In this document: piece after piece, positions 59,027 through 64,000 of the stretch
Numbering within the stretch: position 1 is the first letter of the stretch
How the letters are laid out: each line of letters begins with the position of its first letter
Assembly: GCA_043228905.1 (NCBI GenBank)
Contig: JBHGNT010000002.1
Span: forward strand, 14,446,001 to 14,510,000
Length of the DNA: 64,000 nt
From: Azolla caroliniana
Taxonomy: Eukaryota; Plantae; Polypodiophyta
Reading direction: 5' to 3'
The notes under the pieces: generated by a model
Databases searched by the model: none
The model's input: only the letters and a program-made list of their open reading frames with translations
What the model was told of the DNA's origin: nothing
Made by a program: the position numbers and the translations under genes

Positions 59027-62000
59027 AGAGGGCTGCCAAGGCGTGGGGCCGAGACAGTTCGGACACTCGGGAAAGACCCCATGACTATACGATAGGTAGG
59101 AGATTTTGCTTCTCCGACAACGGAGGGTGTATGATAGTCGGCATCGTTGGCCGAGAAAAGACAAGGGCGGAAGTGCGACTTCGAGCGTGCGGAGTTCTCG
59201 GCCCGGACGAGGAAATCAGCAGGGCCGTGGAGGCGGTCTCCTTTGACGACACCTTGGGGATGCTGAGGAAGGTTGCCGGAGAAGACCTTAATGAAGACTG
59301 GACAATACCGGTATGTTCCGAAGAGATGTACGAAGTCATCGCGAACTTCAGTCGGGGGCTCAGGTCGGATCGGACGGCCCGAGTTAGCACGAAGTACAAG
59401 ACTGTGGACCGGAAGGTAAGGCCAATCGCGGCACCCTTACCGGAGGGCAGTGAGTCCAGGATCAGAGGGGTTGCGTCGGACCCCAGTTTACGAGATCCGG
59501 CCTGCATAGGACACACCTTCACCGACGGGACGCTCCGGGAGCTCAAGATCGGTGGGGGCGGGTTCCTACTGCCGGCGGAGGAAGACCGGTTTCGGAGAAT
59601 GCTCGGGAGGCACGGGAAAGCCTTCGCGTTCTCGCTGGAAGAGATCGGGTGCGTAGATCCGACGATCGTGGAACCGATGGTGATATTCACGGTACCGCAT
59701 GTGCCGTGGAATCTCAAGCCGATTCCGGTACCGAGAGCTCACATCCCGAAGTTGATGGAGCTATTGAGGCAGAAAGTAGATATGGGCATTCTCGAACCGT
59801 CGAGTGCCCCATACTCGAACCGATGGTTTACTGTACCAAAGAAAAACGGAACGATGCGCTTCATTCAAGACCTGCAGCCGGTCAACAGAGTGACCATTCG
59901 GAATGCAGGAATCGGACCGACCATAGACGAGTTCGCGGAGGCCTTCGCCGGAAGGTCCATTTACTCGGTCGGTGATTTGTACTCGGGGTACGACCAGTTC
60001 CAGCTATGCGTGGAGAGCAGAGACATTACGACGATGCGAACCCCCCTCGGCCTAGTGCGAATGTGTACCCTGCCACAAGGAGGGACCAACTCGGTGGCCC
60101 ACATGGTGAATGCAATGAACAAGGTACTGAGGGATTGCATCCCGGACATCACCATGTCGTTTCTAGACGACATCCCGATCAAGGGGTGCCCGGTGGAAGA
60201 GAAGGACGAGACAGTCGGGCCAGACGGATGCCGGCGATTCGTGGCAACACACATCGGCGACTGCGAGAAGGTGCTACAAAGGCTAGAGGATGCGAGGCTC
60301 ACCTTCTCCGGGGAGAAATCGGCCTTCGGGCAATCGGAAATCCTGGTGGTCGGACACCTATGTGGACCTTATGGCCGGAAGCCGTCTCCGGCAAAGGTAG
60401 AAGCCATCTCCGCGATGAAGACCGATTGTAGCTCGGTTACGGAAGTTCGGAGGTTCCTGGGGGCATGCGCGTTCTACCACATATGGATCCCGCATTACGC
60501 CCACGTTGTGGAGCCGCTATACGGGTTGCTGAAGAAAGAGCGAAAATTCGAGTGGCGAGACGAGCACACGGAGTCGGTCCGGAAGGTGAAGGAAGCTCTT
60601 GCGGCAGCACCGGCGCTCCGGAAGGCTGTCTACGGGAAGGGTACCCCGGTATACATAACAGTGGATACGAGTCCGACCGGGATCGGATGGGTCGTCAACC
60701 AAGAGGACGAGAATGGCATTCGGTTCCCGATCCGATTCGGCGCGAAGGTTCTCAGTGAACGACAGCGAGGGTACGCCTAGGTTAAACGCGAACTCTGGGG
60801 TATCGTTTCGGCAGTAAAGGCCGACAAAGACTACTTGATCGGGACAGAAGTGGTTATTGAGACGGATTGCCTGCCGATTCTCGGCATGGTTTCCGGATGC
60901 GCGACACCGGACCTGGCGATGCTCCGGTGGATAGCGTACATCAAGTCCCTGGACCCAGAAATACGGCACATTTCCGGAAAGGACAACGCCATGGCCGACA
61001 TGCTTTCGAGGGCAAGGTTTGATGACGAGGGCGGCATGGTTTCGGAGGGCGAAGAAGTTGGCGTGGACTTCTTCGAGGCAGCGTACGTAACGGCCGATGG
61101 GACGAGCACTCCGGCACTTAACGACTTCGACGAGAGCAAGTACGACGGCGAGTGGCTCCAGATCGGTGGATTTTTGAGGACGATGACGCCGGATGCGTCG
61201 TGGACGAAGGACGAGGCCAATCGGATCCGGAAGAAAGCTTACCGATTCTTTCTCCGGGATGGATACTTATGGAGGCACCCGAAGAAGAGGAACAGCGTCC
61301 CGCCCCGGGTGGTGGCGATGAAGGAAGAACAGGAGGAGCTGCTGACGGGCTACCACGACAACCCTTGGGCCGGACACCGTGGAACGTGGGCCACGTTCGA
61401 GAAGATAAAGGGGAAGTACTGGTGGCCGGGACTGTACCGGGATGTGCATCGGTTCGTGACAACTTGCGAGAGCTGTCAGATGCACTCCATAGTCCGGCAT
61501 CGGGACGAGCTTCACCCTATGTACCCTCCGACCATCCACTTCAAATGGATGGTAGATCTGGTGACAATGCCGATGGGCATAGGATAGATGCGGTATCTGG
61601 TCCTGGCTCGGGAAGATCTGACGAACCAGGTGGAAGGCCGAGCCCTTTAGAACAAAACGACCGCGGCCGTATGTCGGTTCCTGATCGAGGACGTGATATG
61701 TCGGTACGGGTGCGTCGGGAAGATCGTGGCTGATCGCAGGGAGTTGGACGCCGAAGACGCCGAGGAACTGTTCGACCGGCTAGGAGTCAAGCTCTCGCTT
61801 ACCACTACGTATAATCCGTAGGCGAATGGGAAGGTGGAGCGCGGACATGGACCGATTGTCAAGGCATTAGTTCGGGCATGCGGAGGTCAAGTCGGGAACT
61901 GGCCGCGGCTGTTGCCTTACGCGTTGTGGGCGGACCAAACTACACACAGTTCGGTAACCGGATTCATGCCGGCAGAACTCATGTTTGGGCAGAAGCCGGT

Positions 62001-62490
62001 CATGCCGACGGAACGTACGATCTCCTCGTGGGCAACCGTGGACTGGAGAGACGAGATGAGCCGGGAGGAGCTGCTGGCGGCGCGTATACGACAGCTCGAG
62101 CGAACACCGGAGGACGTGGAGCAGGCTGCGGAAAAGCTTCGGGAAGCAAGGATGAGGAACAAAGCCCGGTTCGACCGAACGCACCGGCTCCGACCGAAGA
62201 AGATCAAGGAAGGCGACTGGGTGCTAGTCTACGACAGCAGCCTTGACAACCAGCACCGAGCGACACGGAAGTTCGCAAGAAGGTGGTTCGGGCCTTACGT
62301 GGTACAAAGCGCCAACGACAACGGGACGTACCATCTGGCGGAACTCGACGGTACGAGAATGGCGATACCGGTAGCAGGGAAGCGGATCAAAGCGTTCAAG
62401 AAGCGTCACGACGACGAGTCGGATCCGGTTGGCCTGGACGGCGACGACGAACGATCCGAAACCGAGGAAGAACCGACGGGCGGGGAATGA
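59020..62490 (+). pseudogene. Gypsy copy 2 pol (RT-RNaseH-integrase) with in-frame stops
   Basis: DLYSGYDQ, LPQGGTNSV, SFLDDIPIKG, VDTSPTGIG, ADMLSR, GHRG..CESC, GPY..NGTYHL. Confidence 0.93.
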
Positions 62491-64000
62491 AGGCTGGACC
62501 GGTTTTCTCCGTCCCAACTCAATTTGGCGCATGCCAGTGGATGTGCGGTTAGGTGGGTGCGGATGTCGTGAAGAAAACCGTCCACAAGTGGAATCGGTGC
62601 ATAGGAGTGTAGGAACCGACTCTTCTCGAATGTTGTCCATAGAAGATCCTAGGCGGGTAGATTTAGTGGGTAGGAAGTAAAGGGGAAACGGCTCCTTCCT
62701 TGCCTATAAAAAGGAGGGAGACGAGAAGGAGGAGGGGATCGCGGAGAGTCGAGGACGAAGTGCTGTCGGTTTGCGTGCGAAGGCTTCTCTCTCTCTCTCT
62801 GGTTCGCAAACTCCATAGCTTCCTTCTGGGCAAGTTTCGGGAGGCTCGCACTGCTCTGAGGAATGCCCGAGTGCTTCCGGCAGCACCTCCAACTTGCTCC
62901 TGTCTTTCTGTGCGTTTACGAACAGGCATCGGCATCTGTTCGCCGGCCTATTCGATTGTAACCGACTTCGTGGTTTTGTTGTCTTCGTGTTCTTGTTGTT
63001 TGCCTTTGTTAATACATACATACATTCGTGTCTTTCTGTGTCGCTGTCCCACTTGCGTCTTTGCGTCGAAGGGTCGTGTCCCTGTGGATCTACGCTCGCA
63101 CGTAGAGGGTCTCTTCTCCTTCCTCTCTTGCTCTTTGGTACAGGACCCCTGAGGTTCCGCCTCATTCCACGCATCCGCGAGGGAAACCTCGACAACGGAC
63201 TACACCGCCAAGATCAAGAGCATTTGCGACTCTCTTGGCTCCATCAACGTCAACATCGACGAGGACGAGATGGTGCAAGTATGCTTGGGCGCCTCGCACA
63301 ACGATTCAACCCGTTGAGAACGGCAATCTTGGCGAGAGATACCCCTCCCTCGTTCTTCAACCTCCAATCAATGCTATTGGTCGAAGAAAACCACGTTCAA
63401 TCAAAGACCAACACATCGGAAGGACAAATGCTCTTCTCTGATACGGATGGTGCCCATAGACAAGGTCGAAGCGGAAGAGGTCAATTCGACATATCCCACG
63501 AAGGGAATTCACAATTTCAGCAAGGAAACAGAAGCCATCGAGGAACCTTCCCAAGAAGGGGGAGCTTCCATGCCGAACAAGGTCGGCGAACGACGCCACC
63601 TACGTGCAACTATTGCGGCAAAATCGGCCATCGCGAAGAGGAGTGCCGAAAAAGACGAAGCGAGCCGGCTTCAACAAGCCGGCAACTCACAAATTACGCC
63701 GCGAACGCAGACTACAGTGGACTCTTCGTGATGAGGCATAGAGCGAACTCTATGATGGCCTCCGATCCCGCAAACTCCGCAAGCACCTCCAACTCCGAAC
63801 ACGCGTGGTTCGTAGACTCCGGCGCCTCTCACCACATGACGTCGCACCAAGAGTGGTTTCGTGACTTGCAAACGCCGGATCGACCCGGCTACATAGAGAC
63901 CGGAGAGGACACTCCGCATCCCATTCGGCACATCGGCAATGTCCCATTCGAGAAAGAAGGCGAGCAAACATGCATCAAGAATGTCTTGCACGTGCCCACA

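Larger units (their letters stand above)
56230..63194 (+). mobile_element. tRNA-Trp-primed Gypsy element, copy 2 (full length, several premature stops)
   Basis: LTRs at 56230-56859 and 62564-63194. 4-bp TSD ACGG at 56226-56229 and 63195-63198. PBS TGGTGAACCCGACGTGAA at 56863-56880. Confidence 0.96.
55224..64000 (+). mobile_element. Copia F (5' LTR, PBS, gag, PR; runs out of the window), gag split by Gypsy copy 2
   Basis: LTR at 55224-55686 is the reverse complement of 53774-54210. PBS TGGTATCAAAGCG at 55687. The frame rejoins as EMSVTDYTAKIK; WFVDSGASHHMT at about 63806. Confidence 0.9.

Noticed and set aside
24000-63900. Numerous 60-300 aa antisense or alternative-frame ORFs over retroelement genes and LTRs
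   Set aside because: Expected shadows of GC-rich coding sequence; no recognisable motifs.

Overview
Eukaryotic, land-plant DNA (probably a fern or another non-flowering plant; this is inferred from the element lineages and the PPR style). Roughly 90% of the window is nested transposable elements whose boundaries can be read from LTR termini and target-site duplications (TSDs). Nest 1 (1-14455) is three decayed Copia elements inside one another, carrying a non-coding LTR element, a hAT MITE and a PPR retrocopy. An apparently spliced gene of unknown function lies at about 15.1-17.4 kb. Nest 2 (19.0-44.6 kb) is five layers deep: Copia > Tat-like Gypsy > Copia > tRNA-Trp-primed Gypsy with a 4-bp TSD > an intact Tnt1-like Copia and a solo LTR. 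Nest 3 (44.6-53.2 kb) is an AT-rich Gypsy > hAT transposase element > a second copy of the non-coding LTR element. Nest 4 (53.7-64 kb) is Copia > inverted sister Copia > a second Trp-primed Gypsy. The most striking object is the roughly 3-kb non-autonomous LTR family (186-3351 and 45963-48889). It has no polypurine tract. In its place is a tRNA-3'-end-like sequence (...GTCCCACAGGCGTGCCA-TG-LTR) that is the reverse complement of its own primer binding site (PBS), which suggests tRNA- or self-primed plus-strand synthesis. Each copy also carries a different cargo of internally deleted host gene fragments: FIDDLEHEAD-like KCS in one, and MS5/SDI1-like TPR plus Aurora kinase in the other. All protein and tRNA family calls are from recall of motifs, not from database searches.
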